Below are positions 27,751 through 41,709 of a stretch of 64,000 bases of DNA, piece after piece. This stretch comes from Eledone cirrhosa (taxonomy: Eukaryota): contig OZ024740.1 of NCBI GenBank assembly GCA_964016885.1, forward strand, positions 352,222,001-352,286,000. The letters are read 5' to 3'. The first letter of the stretch is position 1. Every line of letters begins with the position of its first letter. Below the pieces are notes generated by a model, which saw nothing but the letters and a program-made list of their open reading frames with translations, did no database searches and was not told where the DNA came from. The translations under genes and the position numbers were made by a program.

Positions 27751-27817
27751 AATATATACACATATATAGATATACACATATACATATATAAATATACACA
27801 TAAAAATATATGTATAT

Positions 27818-27850
<33 letters not shown>

Positions 27851-27899
27851 CATACATACACACACATATATATATATGCATACATACACACACACACAT

Positions 27900-27972
<73 letters not shown>

Positions 27973-28074
27973 TATATCCAAAATACATACACACATATAT
28001 ATATATGCATACATACACACACATATATATATATGCATACATACATACACACACATATATATATATGCGTACAT

Positions 28075-28125
<51 letters not shown>

Positions 28126-28171
28126 ACAACCCTTAATTTAATTTTGGGATATATATATATATATGTATCTG

Positions 28172-28210
<39 letters not shown>

Positions 28211-28238
28211 ACAAAAATTAAATTAAGGGTTGTCATGT

Positions 28239-28280
<42 letters not shown>
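27561..28280. repeat. Long (TA)/(CA) compound microsatellite with a small inverted pair (ATGACAACCCTTAATTTAATTTTG) at 28123-28146 / 28212-28236
   Basis: Directly visible. Confidence 0.9.
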
Positions 28281-28282
<2 letters not shown>

Positions 28283-28440
28283 AAGGCGGGTAAAATTCCC
28301 GAGATCCATGGACGAGTTCTCTCCAGCGGTCTCTGTCCCTCATTATCGCTGCCATGTCCTGCATCTCCAACAGACCAGTGTCTGTCCTTAGGGCATCAAC
28401 ATACGTTAACCTTGGTCTTCCTCTTCTAGTGTGTCCATGT
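28280..28440 (-). mobile_element. 3'-terminal fragment of the RTE family at 18175-21370
   Basis: Near-identical to 18183-18342. Confidence 0.9.
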
Positions 28441-28471
28441 ATATATATTGTTATGCTTTGGGAGGGTCACG

Positions 28472-28830
<359 letters not shown>

Positions 28831-29317
28831 TACATTGTACAGATTAAAGTTTAAGCAAAGAATCGCTGCTTTCAACATTAACGGGATCTTCTGAAACTAA
28901 AAAATGTAATCTGTGAACGCAGAAGTAAATATTTAGAGAAACGTTGCAACCGAAGGAAAACAGGAAGACGATATTTTGGTTCGTGAAGACGTTCCCTGGT
29001 AGTGAACGGAAAAAAAGCGAGGATAATACGTCGTTATGTGGACTGAGAAGAACAATTTCATGCAAAGACAAGACCAAGTTTATGGTATAAATGGAGTCGT
29101 TAGACTAATATTCTATTTAAAATAACCGAATGATTTCCAGCCCCGGAGTTTAAGAATGATGTAAATAAAATTTAAAACGAAAATGGCAGAGGTTATTAAA
29201 ATAGTAAAAGTAAATAGTGAAGATTTGGGCCAGTACATACGTATGGGCCGACGGACATATACATACATATACATACGCACACACAAATACATACACACAC
29301 TCAAACACACACACGCA

Positions 29318-29750
29318 TGCACGTGTGTAAGCCTTATGCATTTCTACAGTATTTTCACCAAACTTAAGACATAGGTTACTTATGTACTCCGGATGGTCAT
29401 GGGCACTTTCATTTTTCCAGATATTGACTATAGGGCCTCCCGGCAGATAACCCCCTTTAACCACTTCCTTGGAGTCGACTGCAACACTGCAGTGCAATGC
29501 AACAAAACCTCATAACTTCTGGAGTTCGCAACCGATTTTCACAAAACTTGACACATGGGCTACGTTTGTTCTACAGATGAATGTGAATTGGCACATATTG
29601 AGTAGGGGACCCCTGGGGGCAGGAACCCCCTTTGGGAAAAAGCCGATGATTTTGTAAAAGTATAGTTTTCGAAGCAGCACTGAAGTATTGACATAAATGG
29701 TATATATAACTGCTATTTAATACCCGAGCAACGCCGAGCACCTCTGCTAG
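29318..29750 (+). mobile_element. Non-autonomous Helitron-like element, 3' part
   Basis: Ends in CCCGAGCAACGCCGAG..CTAG|T; internal repeated ATTTTCAC(C/A)AAACTT motifs. Confidence 0.6.
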
Positions 29751-30096
29751 TACACACTAAAAACAGTGTTTATAGTCTGGAAAATTATTGTATGAGTAAC
29801 TAACTAATCAGTAGCAGATTTAGATTTGGTGAGGGCTTACGCTTAATCGTGTTTAATTTATCCCTAAATCCAGCACCTCACGTAATATATAATCAGTATA
29901 AATCACCAGGTGGGCAAGATAGAAGAGAAACATATTTACAAAAGCATATTTCTAATTTCAGTTGGTGTCTTGTACAAACAACAAATTGTTTAGTCCCAAG
30001 TTGGCTCTGATCCAATAGACCTTTGATAAAAAAAAACAATCCAGTCAAGAAAGGAAAATATTTTGGAGTATACTGTAACTCGGAAAAGATTATTCA

Positions 30097-30190
<94 letters not shown>

Positions 30191-30628
30191 TTCTTTTTAG
30201 ACGGTAAGATGTACTTTGAGAAAGATATGACTACTATTTCGCTCGCGTTCAAATTTGAAGACCTGTTAAAAGAAAGTAGTTAAGTTTTCTCACTGTAAGT
30301 TAGACGAAAGAGCTTTGACAATTAAATGACAAATAAGCATCAGGCTACTAAACTAACCAGTTTCATGAAGTTGCTTAATTATGAATTTGTTAAATTAACG
30401 ATTCATTATTTTTCTCAGCGAAGAGAACTTTTCATGGGTTCTCATTCACTTGCAATTTGACTCTCGTGGAAAAAGATTTCTCAACTTATGGCAGAGAAAC
30501 TCTCTCATTAACTGAACTAGAAGAGTGAAATAAAATTAGGTGATATTTCTTAAAGGTACAGGTGATGTAAATGGAATTAATAGGCTTTAACGCTGAAAAT
30601 GCCACTTACCTCGATTAAATTAAATGCT

Positions 30629-32790
30629 TATAGCGGAGATACTGAGTTGCATGAATGTAACAAAACGAGACAATGTTTGTGTATATAATATTTAATTAAC
30701 GGTAGATGGAATACTTGACATGTCAAAGATAGATGTTAGAATGAAACAAAGTTAGCAGTTACCGTTTTGATTGCCAGGCAAACGCGGCTGGCAGAGGGCG
30801 CCTGGCCTTAGCCAGGCGCCTGTTGGCCAAATTAATGGCAGAGCCAAATGAGAAGACTCTTCGACCTGGTGCCGAAAAGGCAAAGAGAGGGAGGAAGCCC
30901 AAAGTTGTTAGTTTTATAGGGCTCTGACCGGAAGTTGCAGAAAGGGTTCCACTTCCCGTCTAGATCCCAATCAAAACAAGGGAGACAACCGCTACATAAC
31001 CTCCCGCCAGAATTTTAGTGTATAAAAATCGAAATGAAAATATGTAGCAAGTTGGCGAGAATTTTGTAACAGGCATGAAAATTACAAAAGAATGTTTGGA
31101 AAAATCAATGATTGATATCAAGGTAGCCAACCGCTCTTGGCCAGAGAACGACTGGACATCCATCTACCCATCACCCAAAGATACAATGTAATAAAGCAAA
31201 AGTAATAGAAGAGCTCAAAGTTCAAAATATAGTTCACAGGTGTGCAATCACATGACAGCAGGAAAGAATGTGTTCCAGAGAATGAATGCAGGTGGTTTCT
31301 GTTCTGTGGTATATCGTGAAATTTCCAACCTCCGAATGGATTTTCTCACAGGAAGAGTGCTGCAAAAATGAATTCTCTGGCTTTGGTGAAGCTGTATTGA
31401 TGTATTGCTGTTGCTGTTATATTGCTGTTGCTGCTGCTGTTGTCTCGCTGAGTGAGCGTATTCGGTGTTTAAATTCACAGTAAAAAAATTTTTTTTTTTT
31501 AGAAAAAAATGAGTTGCGCAAAGTGCTAGAAATAGCAGCCGAAGTTGATGGTCGATGTTGAGAATGCGTTGACCTGGAAGGGTCAAGAGGCCAGCGACCA
31601 GAGAAATAAGCATTCTTAATAAATGCGCGGTTATCAACGGTAAATTTACATTGTAAACTTATAAACCGGCAAATAGAAGAATATAGCTTAAGGCTGAAGA
31701 ATCCTTGGGGGAGAAATGCTATCTCTGGCGTGCGGCTGTCTGTGAGTAAGAGACATCTCAGTGAATCGAGAATTTATGCTGCCTACACGTGCCAATACAA
31801 GGTTGAAAAAAAATATTTCTAACGCGCGAGAAAATGATAGTGCAATTTTGAAAGTGACAATGATGAAAAAGAAAGGCTTCAATCAGCATAATCATTGGTG
31901 TGAACTTTTGAAAAAAACAAAAAACTTGAACGATGAACAAAAGGCAATGGTTCATCGAAAATAAATGTTCCTGTTGAAATGTTTTTTAAAGAATATCAAA
32001 TTTCTTTTTTTTTTTGTGTTCTGAAAGAGTTCGTTGTAAGAAACGAGAAACATATATATATATCGTGAAATGTTTTTTTTTTGTTTTGAAAGTGTTCGTT
32101 GTAAGAAACGAGAAACATATATATATATCGTGAAATGTTTTTTTTTGTTTTGAAAGTGTTCGTTGTAAGAAACGAGAAACATATATATATATATATTGGT
32201 GAAATGCGACAGTTAATTGATGCGTGAGAGAAAAAGTATGTCTGTGCGAATTCCACATGTGCGTGTGTGCGTGACCTTGAGTATTTTCATAGTTTGTCGC
32301 TAAATTTGCTGTGTATTCGTAATGTTACTCACAAAACCAGATGTGCTATTTTTTTCTTTTTTTGGGGGTGACCACTTATAGCGATGAACGGCTGCGTGTT
32401 CGTATCACGTCAGGGTCACCAATATAGCGGAGATACTGAGTTGCATGAATGTAACAAAACGAGATAATGTTTGTGTATATAATATTTAATTAACGGTAGA
32501 TGGAATACTTGACATGTCAAAGATAGATGTTAGAATGAAACAAAGTTAGCAGTTACCGTTTTGATTGCCAGGCAAACACGGCTGGCAGAGGGCGCCTGGC
32601 CTTAGCCAGGCGCCTGTTGGCCAAATTAATGGCAGAGCCAAATGAGAAGACTCTTCGACCTGGTGCCGAAAAGGCAAAGAGAGGGAGGAAGCCCAAAGTT
32701 GTTAGTTTTATAGGGCTCTGACCGGAAGTTGCAGAAAGGGTTCCACTTCCCGTCTAGATCCCAATCAAAACAAGGGAGACAACCGCTACA
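30629..32790 (-). mobile_element. Young non-autonomous LTR retrotransposon (TRIM/LARD-like, probably Gypsy-dependent)
   Basis: 368-bp LTRs at 30629-30996 and 32423-32790 with 2 differences seen. Termini TGTAGCGG...CCGCTATA on the minus strand; 4-bp TSD TGCT; tRNA-Trp PBS at 32404-32421; PPT-like GGCGGGAGG at ~31000-31008; 1426-bp interior without gag/pol motifs. Confidence 0.93.
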
Positions 32791-33377
32791 TGCTAATTAC
32801 TAGTGGATTAGTAGTAATTGGTTAATTAACTGAAACATATTAAGAATTGCTGCTGTTGGTGGTGGTGTTCAGACCAAGGAAAAGCCTGATCAAGCAGAAA
32901 TGTGATCGAAAGTGTTCCATTCGTGACTATCCAATATATTTGTAAATATGTACTACATTATAGTAAGTACAAGAGATTACATTATCTAATGTGTTGCGGG
33001 TCTCATGTTAGCTCGCGTACTCTTGTACTCTCAGTCGCTTCACGTCATGAAACTGGGATAAGCATCGGCCAAATGAGCCTTCTGGTTTACGACAGACTTT
33101 AGGCTTTAGACTAGTCATGACTATCACGCTCTTTTCTTGAGTATCGCATATTAAGAAGTATGGGATTTAACTATCGAGCGATCACGTAGAGGCTCCACAT
33201 TAATCCATGGCTGGTGGAGTAGATCTATGATCGAAGTTGTTCCAGTTGCGACCATCACATCTTTTTCCAGGCATAGTGTATCTAGGGTTACGCCATTTAA
33301 TGTATCTGTTGTTTTTTAAAACAAGAGTGAGAGTTGGTAAAGGCTTTACTGCTATTTCTAGGCTTCCAGAATATATG

Positions 33378-34115
33378 GATCTAGCAGCCAATGAATTCAA
33401 GGCTAAATTTATCCAGCGTATACACTTCTTTAAGTGCATAAACAGGGGGAGATCTACCACCCTGTCCCGTTTCATATGGAGACTCCGTGACTGGGAGTAT
33501 AATATTCTCAGCATTAAATGGAGCGTTTTGGACAGAGCATGTTCATGCTGCGCTGCCGGCCACAATTATCAACTCTACCTCCACGAGAGCAAGAAGAAAA
33601 CTGACCTAAAGTTTTGCTGCCAACGGAGAAGCGCCATGTTAGCCAATTTCAAACAACTGTCCCCGAACATCACTCAAAGACCCCATTAGTTCCACCTGGA
33701 TGACGTGTCTCGTTGGGGTAGATAGCTTTAACCAGTACGCACACTATGAAGACACCATCATCAGATACACCTATTGACCACCACATACATTAATTGAACA
33801 TTCAGACCGCCAGCAACGTCACATACACGGAACTGCAAGTCTTAATGAGCCCATAAATACACACTGTATGACATTGGATTCCATCAAGATTAATGGCGTC
33901 ACCGAGACGCTAACTTTCCTGGACTCACCCATTCATCTGCTATCACTGACTTAATCCTCCTACCATGTGACCTGATCAACTCAGAGAAGCATTTAATGGC
34001 CTCGAACTTCGCTTTCAATTTTGTTTACCTTATTCTTCACTGCTTCTGATGATATAGACGTATTTTCGTCTTGAAACCGCTAATAGTGCGAAGTTAAGTC
34101 AAACTTAATATAAAT
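33378..34115 (+). pseudogene. PLE 3' remnant: GIY-YIG endonuclease region plus 3' UTR with a hammerhead-like motif
   Basis: LAANEFKAKF..H.F...STTLSRFIWRLRD..IKWSVLDRA..L.LHE resembles the PLE GIY-YIG C-terminal region; CTGATGA..AGACG/CGTCT..GAAA at ~34046-34075. Confidence 0.7.
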
Positions 34116-34162
34116 ACTCTCAACTTTCACACTGTGTTGCTCTTTTCTTTTGTTTGTATGTT

Positions 34163-34204
<42 letters not shown>

Positions 34205-34277
34205 AACATACACACATATACATACATATACACATACATACATATATATACATATGTATATACATACATATTCACAT

Positions 34278-34348
<71 letters not shown>

Positions 34349-34358
34349 CATACATATA

Positions 34359-35353
34359 CACTGTGTTTGTCACCAGAACTGTCGTCGGCAAATTCAGCAT
34401 CCGATATCTTTTCCGCCGTAACTCGCCTGCTCTGAGCCGGTGCTACAGTAAAGCCAGAGTCCTGGTGTTTCTCCAGTGCAAGGCGCATACAATAGTCCAC
34501 TACGGTGATAAAAAGGTAGGAAGCCAATGTATCTCCCTGGAGCACTCCAGCCAGTATCTCAAAGAACTCCGTCATCCCATCAGGTGTAATGACTTGGGCT
34601 TTAGTGTTGGTGTAGAGCAGTGATATCAGGTCCACTATCTTCTTGGGAATTCCATGAGCATGTAAGATCTTCATCAGGCGGAGGAGGCAGAGGAGTCGAT
34701 GCAGGAGGTGGAGACTGTGTCGATGAGTGTGGGGCTGAGAATGAATGAGATTAAGACGAAGTATCTGGTAGAGAATATTACTAATGTAGGCGGGTTGAGG
34801 ACTTCCTGTATCTGGGAGCGAAGATTGGGAATACAGAGGATGATGTGGTCGAGAGGAAGAGCAAAGCTTGGGCGGCGTGCCACAGTTTGAGATCGGTGTG
34901 GAAGTCGGACCTTCGTTGCTGTAGTGGAGTCTGTGCTGCTGTACGGGTCTGGGACTTGGACACTGACCAAGAAACTCACTCAGATGGTGGATGGGTTCTA
35001 CACGAGAATGCTGAGGATGGCTCTGAACATTAATCAGAATTCACTGAGGATGAAAAACTCAGAGCTGTACAGGAGCCTTCCAAAAGTCAGCTCGAAAATA
35101 GCACAGAGGAGACTGAGGTTAGCTGGACATGCTCACCGACATCCAGAGATGACACTGCACTCAGTGCTCCTGTGAGAGCTCCTGCATGGACACACTGGAA
35201 GTGGGAGACCGAAGTTGATATATGTTGATGCCCTATGGACAGACACTGGTCACTTGGAGACGCAGGACATGGCAGCGATGATGAGGGACAGAGACCGCCG
35301 GAGAGAACTCGTCCATGGATCTCGGGAATTTTATCCGCCCTAGATAGATAGAT

Positions 35354-35354
<1 letters not shown>
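34359..35354 (+). mobile_element. 5'-truncated RTE copy with an inverted 5' segment (34359-34679 minus, 34680-35354 plus)
   Basis: Both parts match the 18175-19226 element; (TAGA)n tail at 35341-35354. Confidence 0.9.
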
Positions 35355-35384
<30 letters not shown>

Positions 35385-35391
35385 TACATAC

Positions 35392-35451
<60 letters not shown>

Positions 35452-35600
35452 ACATGAAAATATCCCGGACCCCGACGGCTGAGCTCCGGCCGTTTCGACA
35501 GCTAGATCCGAACAGTATTCTGGTGCGTTATGGTCCACCTGGTAACTTAACACACCCTCTTTGTTATATATACATACACACACATATATTATATACATAC

Positions 35601-35633
<33 letters not shown>

Positions 35634-35647
35634 ACAACAACAATAAA

Positions 35648-36295
35648 ATAATTGTTTCTACTATTGGCACAAGGCCAGCAATTATCTCAGTACATTACTG
35701 GTACTTTATTTTATCGACCCCGTAAGGATGAAAGGCAAAGTTAACCTCGGCGGGATTTGAACTCAGACCATAAAGGGCCGTAACTCTATGCTGCAAAGCA
35801 TGGTGTCTGACCCTCTACCGATACTCCCAATCCATACACGTGCACACACCGTAGAGATAAGTTGTTCAGGGTTGGAATACGGTCCCAGTATTGAATCCCA
35901 TTTGTTACTATTTCATTTCACTTTCATCTTTAATGCCGCTATAATATTTCTATTCATTCATGCAGTCTCCTTCCCCAGAGTCCTAGAAACCTGACGTTTT
36001 GTGTAGAAAACAATTTATTTCTTTTACTTCTGTTTTTGTTTTTAAAAATATCCGAACCTAGCTTTCGTAGTAAAAGTAATGATTTCTACTATAGGCACAA
36101 GGCCAGTAATTTGGGGGGAAGGGAAAGTCGATTAAATCGATCCCAGTGTATTACTGGTACTTTATTTTATCGACTCCGTACGGATGAAAGGTAAAGGTAA
36201 CCTCGGCGGGATTTGAACTCAGATCATAAAGGGCCGTAACTCTATGCTGCAAAGCATGGTGTCTGACGATCTACCGATACTGCCAATCCACGGCC
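35648..36295 (-). mobile_element. Two SINE family 1 copies (35648-35835, 36077-36295)
   Basis: Family core and tRNA-like head present in both. Confidence 0.85.
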
Positions 36296-37150
36296 CTTTT
36301 CGTAGTAAAAATAATAGAATGAATAAATAAAAGAAAAATATATTATTAGGTGAGAGTATAAAATTATTCAATGGATGTAGAATAATAACAGAGACTGGGA
36401 TGGAAGACTACGAGAAAAGTGTTCAGGAGATCCTCAAAATGAAATGACATCAGTTGGGTGTGTCTGACCAAATTCCTTCCCCACAAGCAACTGTAACCGA
36501 AACCAAAGTCATTTGCATGTTTGTTAGGCTGGTACTAAAATATTTACGTTTAGGTGAAGGACAGCTTAGACATATATACATATACACATATAGATATGCC
36601 TATACACATGTGTATATATATATATACACACATATGTATACACACATATGTATACACACGTATATATACACACATATGTATATACACATATGTATACACA
36701 CGTATATATATATATACACACATGTATGTATATATACACACATTCATGTGTGTGTGACTAATTCATATATACAAACACAGACATAAATCTCGGGCGAGCT
36801 CAAAATAAATCTCTTTATAAGTAATGAATACATACAAACATATATATATATGTGTGTGTGTGTATGCTTACACACACACACACTATATTTAGGGTTAATC
36901 GATACATATAAAATATATAACAATTATGTTTCTCAATAAAAAAGCTCAGGGCATCAATTATACAAGTTTAAACGTTATTTAAAAAAGGATAAATATCAAT
37001 TGAGAAACTACAGTAGCAGTTCATATATACAGAACAGTTGATATGTAAGTAAATATACTTACTTCAAGATGGTAACATAATTAGGGATTGATACTATTAT
37101 AATTACTAAGATCGATGGTTTGTTATCAATTGATATATATATATATATAT

Positions 37151-40100
37151 ATTGGAATAAATGCTCTGAAATAGCGATATATATGTGAATATAGACATAG
37201 AATATTCGAAAATATTCTGTATGTTTATAATAAACATTTTGAAGACCTAATCGCTATAGAATAGAATACGTCATGTATTACAATTAGATTCTCGATAAAA
37301 GCAAGGGAAGTAATCTACGCGTTTCATTCTTATTAGAAATCTTCAGGACTACATATCCAGTGCTTTTATCGAGAATGACACAGCTAGAGACTTATAGAAT
37401 ACTTAGCTGTGTACAGGAACTGGATTGAAAGAGCGGTTGCCGGTCCGGCAGAAATTAGAAATTGGAATAAATGCTCTGAAATAGCGATATATATGTGAAT
37501 ATAGACATAGAATATTCGAAAATATTCTGTATGTTTATAATAAACATTTTGAAGACCTAATCGCTATAGAATAGAATACGTCATGTATTACAATTAGATT
37601 CTCGATAAAAGCAAGGGAAGTAATCTACGCGTTTCATTCTTATTAGAAATCTTCAGGACTACATATCCAGTGCTTTTATCGAGAATGACACAGCTAGAGA
37701 CTTATAGAATACTTAGCTGTGTACAGGAACTGGATTGAAAGAGCGGTTGCCGGTCCGGCAGAAATTAGAAATTGGAATAAATGCTCTGAAATAGCGATAT
37801 ATATGTGAATATAGACATAGAATATTCGAAAATATTCTGTATGTTTATAATAAACATTTTGAAGACCTAATCGCTATAGAATAGAATACGTCATGTATTA
37901 CAATTAGATTCTCGATAAAAGCAAGGGAAGTAATCTACGCGTTTCATTCTTATTAGAAATCTTCAGGACTACATATCCAGTGCTTTTATCGAGAATGACA
38001 CAGCTAGAGACTTATAGAATACTTAGCTGTGTACAGGAACTGGATTGAAAGAGCGGTTGCCGGTCCGGCAGAAATTAGAAATTGGAATAAATGCTCTGAA
38101 ATAGCGATATATATGTGAATATAGACATAGAATATTCGAAAATATTCTGTATGTTTATAATAAACATTTTGAAGACCTAATCGCTATAGAATAGAATACG
38201 TCATGTATTACAATTAGATTCTCGATAAAAGCAAGGGAAGTAATCTACGCGTTTCATTCTTATTAGAAATCTTCAGGACTACATATCCAGTGCTTTTATC
38301 GAGAATGACACAGCTAGAGACTTATAGAATACTCCAATTTCTAATTTCTGCCGGACCGGCAACCGCTCTTTCAATCCAGTTCCTGTACACAGCTAAGTAT
38401 TCTATAAGTCTCTAGCTGTGTCATTCTCGATAAAAGCACTGGATATGTAGTCCTGAAGATTTCTAATAAGAATGAAACGCGTAGATTACTTCCCTTGCTT
38501 TTATCGAGAATCTAATTGTAATACATGACGTATTCTATTCTATAGCGATTAGGTCTTCAAAATGTTTATTATAAACATACAGAATATTTTCGAATATTCT
38601 ATGTCTATATTCACATATATATCGCTATTTCAGAGCATTTATTCCAATTTCTAATTTCTGCCGGACCGGCAACCGCTCTTTCAATCCAGTTCCTGTACAC
38701 AGCTAAGTATTCTATAAGTCTCTAGCTGTGTCATTCTCGATAAAAGCACTGGATATGTAGTCCTGAAGATTTCTAATAAGAATGAAACGCGTAGATTACT
38801 TCCCTTGCTTTTATCGAGAATCTAATTGTAATACATGACGTATTCTATTCTATAGCGATTAGGTCTTCAAAATGTTTATTATAAACATACAGAATATTTT
38901 CGAATATTCTATGTCTATATTCACATATATATCGCTATTTCAGAGCATTTATTCCAATTTCTAATTTCTGCCGGACCGGCAACCGCTCTTTCAATCCAGT
39001 TCCTGTACACAGCTAAGTATTCTATAAGTCTCTAGCTGTGTCATTCTCGATAAAAGCACTGGATATGTAGTCCTGAAGATTTCTAATAAGAATGAAACGC
39101 GTAGATTACTTCCCTTGCTTTTATCGAGAATCTAATTGTAATACATGACGTATTCTATTCTATAGCGATTAGGTCTTCAAAATGTTTATTATAAACATAC
39201 AGAATATTTTCGAATATTCTATGTCTATATTCACATATATATCGCTATTTCAGAGCATTTATTCCAATTTCTAATTTCTGCCGGACCGGCAACCGCTCTT
39301 TCAATCCAGTTCCTGTACACAGCTAAGTATTCTATAAGTCTCTAGCTGTGTCATTCTCGATAAAAGCACTGGATATGTAGTCCTGAAGATTTCTAATAAG
39401 AATGAAACGCGTAGATTACTTCCCTTGCTTTTATCGAGAATCTAATTGTAATACATGACGTATTCTACTCTATAGCGATTAGGTCTTTAAAATGTTTATT
39501 ATAAACATACAGAATATTTTCGAATATTCTATGTCTATATTCACATATATATCGCTATTTCAGAGCATTTATTCCAATTTCTAATTTCTGCCGGACCGGC
39601 AACCGCTCTTTCAATCCAGTTCCTGTACACAGCTAAGTATTCTATAAGTCTCTAGCTGTGTCATTCTCGATAAAAGCACTGGATATGTAGTCCTGAAGAT
39701 TTCTAATAAGAATGAAACGCGTAGATTACTTCCCTTGCTTTTATCGAGAATCTAATTGTAATACATGACGTATTCTATTCTATAGCGATTAGGTCTTCAA
39801 AATGTTTATTATAAACATACAGAATATTTTCGAATATTCTATGTCTATATTCACATATATATCGCTATTTCAGAGCATTTATTCCAATTTCTAATTTCTG
39901 CCGGACCGGCAACCGCTCTTTCAATCCAGTCCCTGTACACAGCTAAGTATTCTATAAGTCTCTAGCTGTGTCATTCTCGATAAAAGCACTGGATATGTAG
40001 TCCTGAAGATTTCTAATAAGAATGAAACGCGTAGATTACTTCCCTTGCTTTTATCGAGAATCTAATTGTAATACATGACGTATTCTATTCTATAGCGATT

Positions 40101-41709
40101 AGGTCTTCAAAATGTTTATTATAAACATACAGAATATTTTCGAATATTCTATGTCTATATTCACATATATATCGCTATTTCAGAGCATTTATTCCAATTT
40201 CTAATTTCTGCCGGACCGGCAACCGCTCTTTCAATCCAGTTCCTGTACACAGCTAAGTATTCTATAAGTCTCTAGCTGTGTCATTCTCGATAAAAGCACT
40301 GGATATGTAGTCCTGAAGATTTCTAATAAGAATGAAACGCGTAGATTACTTCCCTTGCTTTTATCGAGAATCTAATTGTAATACATGACGTATTCTATTC
40401 TATAGCGATTAGGTCTTCAAAATGTTTATTATAAACATACAGAATATTTTCGAATATTCTATGTCTATATTCACATATATATCGCTATTTCAGAGCATTT
40501 ATTCCAATTTCTAATTTCTACCGGACCGGCAACCGCTCTTTCAATCCAGTTCCTGTACACAGCTAAGTATTCTATAAGTCTCTAGCTGTGTCATTCTCGA
40601 TAAAAGCACTGGATATGTAGTCCTGAAGATTTCTAATAAGAATGAAACGCGTAGATTACTTCCCTTGCTTTTATCGAGAATCTAATTGTAATACATGACG
40701 TATTCTATTCTATAGCGATTAGGTCTTCAAAATGTTTATTATAAACATACAGAATATTTTCGAATATTCTATGTCTATATTCACATATATATCGCTATTT
40801 CAGAGCATTTATTCCAATTTCTAATTTCTGCCGGACCGACAACCGCTCTTTCAATCCAGTTCCTGTACACAGCTAAGTATTCTATAAGTCTCTAGCTGTG
40901 TCATTCTCGATAAAAGCACTGGATATGTAGTCCTGAAGATTTCTAATAAGAATGAAACGCGTAGATTACTTCCCTTGCTTTTATCGAGAATCTAATTGTA
41001 ATACATGACGTATTCTATTCTATAGCGATTAGGTCTTCAAAATGTTTATTATAAACATACAGAATATTTTCGAATATTCTATGTCTATATTCACATATAT
41101 ATCGCTATTTCAGAGCATTTATTCCAATTTCTAATTTCTGCCGGACCGGCAACCGCTCTTTCAATCCAGTTCCTGTACACAGCTAAGTATTCTATAAGTC
41201 TCTAGCTGTGTCATTCTCGATAAAAGCACTGGATATGTAGTCCTGAAGATTTCTAATAAGAATGAAACGCGTAGATTACTTCCCTTGCTTTTATCGAGAA
41301 TCTAATTGTAATACATGACGTATTCTATTCTATAGCGATTAGGTCTTCAAAATGTTTATTATAAACATACAGAATATTTTCGAATATTCTATGTCTATAT
41401 TCACATATATATCGCTATTTCAGAGCATTTATTCCAATTTCTAATTTCTGCCGGACCGGCAACCGCTCTTTCAATCCAGTTCCTGTACACAGCTAAGTAT
41501 TCTATAAGTCTCTAGCTGTGTCATTCTCGATAAAAGCACTGGATATGTAGTCCTGAAGATTTCTAATAAGAATGAAACGCGTAGATTACTTCCCTTGCTT
41601 TTATCGAGAATCTAATTGTAATACATGACGTATTCTATTCTATAGCGATTAGGTCTTCAAAATGTTTATTATAAACATACAGAATATTTTCGAATATTCT
41701 ATGTCTATA

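Noticed and set aside
31248-31964. ORFs inside the LTR element as gag remnants
   Set aside because: Short and low-complexity, with no zinc knuckle, protease, RT or integrase motifs.
32390-32421. tRNA-Trp gene
   Set aside because: Only the 3' 32 nt including CCA are present, next to an LTR; it is a primer-binding site.
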